A stretch of DNA of 63,468 nucleotides, filler included, from Octopus bimaculoides (lineage: Eukaryota), in NCBI RefSeq assembly GCF_001194135.2. It is 6 parts of 5 records of this genome, joined end to end, with 100 filler letters (N's around TTAATTAATTAA, not from the genome) between each part and the next. Parts side by side here need not be neighbours in the genome. Positions count along the whole stretch, not along the records: positions 45,532 to 62,040 come from NC_069005.1; positions 62,141 to 63,468 come from NC_068994.1; 4 more parts are not named here. One strand, written 5' to 3'. A program made the position numbers and the translations under genes. Within the stretch, counting starts at the first letter, position 1. Each line of letters starts with the position of its first letter. Under the pieces are notes generated by a model. It was not told the origin of the DNA and ran no database searches. It worked only from the letters and a program-made list of their open reading frames with translations. Shown here piece after piece: positions 61,854 through 63,468 of the stretch.

Positions 61854-63468
61854 TGTATTACTTTATGTTTCCGCTTTCAGCTTCGATGGCTACTTCGATG
61901 AATGCCATCAGACACACGGAGTAGTTATCCAGGGGCCTCATTCCTCTAGGAGTCCAATTCTGATCCATGTATGCTGTGGCTTGTTGGTCAATAAATAAAT
62001 ACTACAGAGCCCAATGCGCACTGATTTGTCTGGAGGCCTCNNNNNNNNNNNNNNNNNNNNNNNNNNNNNNNNNNNNNNNNNNNNTTAATTAATTAANNNN
62101 NNNNNNNNNNNNNNNNNNNNNNNNNNNNNNNNNNNNNNNNTATATAAATACACAGACATACATAAACACATATATATATGTATGTGTGTGTATGTAAATG
62201 TCTCTATCTATATTTATATAAATGGTTTAACGGATCGGTGGCTGTTTGCGTTTGTATCGCTTTACGCCTCGGAACTTATCGATCGAAAAACAGGAATCGA
62301 TAAAATAAGCTGTAGACATAAGTGTGCACAGGGTTCGATATGATTGATTAAATGGGCAAAGGCAGTGATCTAGCATAATAGTATAGCAATCACTGAACCA
62401 AATAAAGGGGAGAATGTATGTATGTATGTATGTATGTATGCGTGTGTGTGTATGTGTATGTATNNNNNNNNNNNNNNNNNNNNNNNNNNNNNNNNNNNNN
62501 NNNNNNNNNNNNNNNNNNNNNNNNNNNNNNNNNNNNNNNNNNNNNNNNNNNNNNNNNNNNNNNTGTATGTATGTATGTATGCATATATTTCTCGAGGAAC
62601 TTGAAGATGCAAGCTGGAATGCAGAGCATCATCAAATCGAAAGTGTATGTAGAGGATTCATTGAAAACAGCGTGAGGCTACAGTTGTTGTCTCTTGGCTG
62701 AACGCATCGTAAACCAAACAGCACTGGATTTGGTCAAAAAGAGACGATGAGTAATGGCTGGAAAGATATTCCTTTCTACTCTAGGCACAAGGCCCGAAAT
62801 TTTGCTGGGAGAGGGCCAGTCGATTAAATCGACCTCAGTACGCAACTGGTTCTTTATTTATCGACCTCAAAAAGATGAAAGGCTAAGTCGATCTCGGCGG
62901 AATTTGAACTCAGAACATAAAGACTAAGTTGCCACGCAGAGATTGAACCTCGAACCATGTGGTTGGTAAGGAAGCTTCTTACCACACAGCCAAGCCTATG
63001 TATGTTGTATATATATATATATGTACATGTATATACGTATCTATCTACACACAGACACACACTCACACTCACACACACATATACATGTAAGTATGTATTT
63101 ATGCATTTATAAATACATGTATCATATATCTATAAATAAACATGTCTCTGTTTCTGTTGTAAGCTAACTCTTTATCTATCCCTCTGCACGCGCATCCCTT
63201 TATGTATGCGTACAAATATACGTGTATATATGAGTATGTATGTATGTATGTATATATATATATATATATATGTATGCATACGCATACTTACATATATTCA
63301 CATATACTAATATATAAAACTATATATGTAAGTATGCATCTATAAAAGCATTTCTATTCAGTAAAACATCAAATGGTCGAGAGATCCCGGAAACAAATCC
63401 ATTAACATTCGGACTTTTTTTATTCATAATCGAATCCAAATGAATTCTTTTATTTGTTCCACAAATCG

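Noticed and set aside
6164-62096. Five TTAATTAATTAA 12-mers as a spaced repeat or regulatory array
   Set aside because: Each sits inside N runs and gives stops in all six frames; they are assembler gap spacers.
1662-63078. Numerous long ORFs rich in YI/HT/CV/SL/RE dipeptides or X
   Set aside because: They are translations of TA/CA/GA microsatellites or N gaps, not genes.

Overview
Repeat-rich, gappy eukaryotic draft-genome sequence. The SINE families, microsatellites and N-TTAATTAATTAA-N gap spacers suggest an Octopus (coleoid cephalopod) assembly; this is inference. One gene is confidently recognisable: a 6-exon TAF8 (TFIID subunit 8) on the + strand, 48302-55829, 300 aa, with all intron phases consistent. 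A second, unidentified gene appears to run head-to-head on the - strand. Its candidate exons are 45906-45679, 38884-38836, 22954-22911 and 22319-22263, which splice in frame into a membrane-protein-like N-terminus. The rest is mostly decayed transposons (mariner/Tc1, Tigger/pogo, Gypsy, CR1/L2, RTE, R4/Dong), four or more tRNA-SINE families and microsatellites. The most notable observation is a tRNA-headed SINE-like element ending in a minimal type I hammerhead ribozyme of the Penelope pLTR type. It occurs as an inverted dimer, forming a hairpin with ~240-bp arms, in TAF8 intron 4 just upstream of exon 5. Further hammerhead-like motifs lie at 3882 and 29356. All calls were made by eye; repeat boundaries are approximate.
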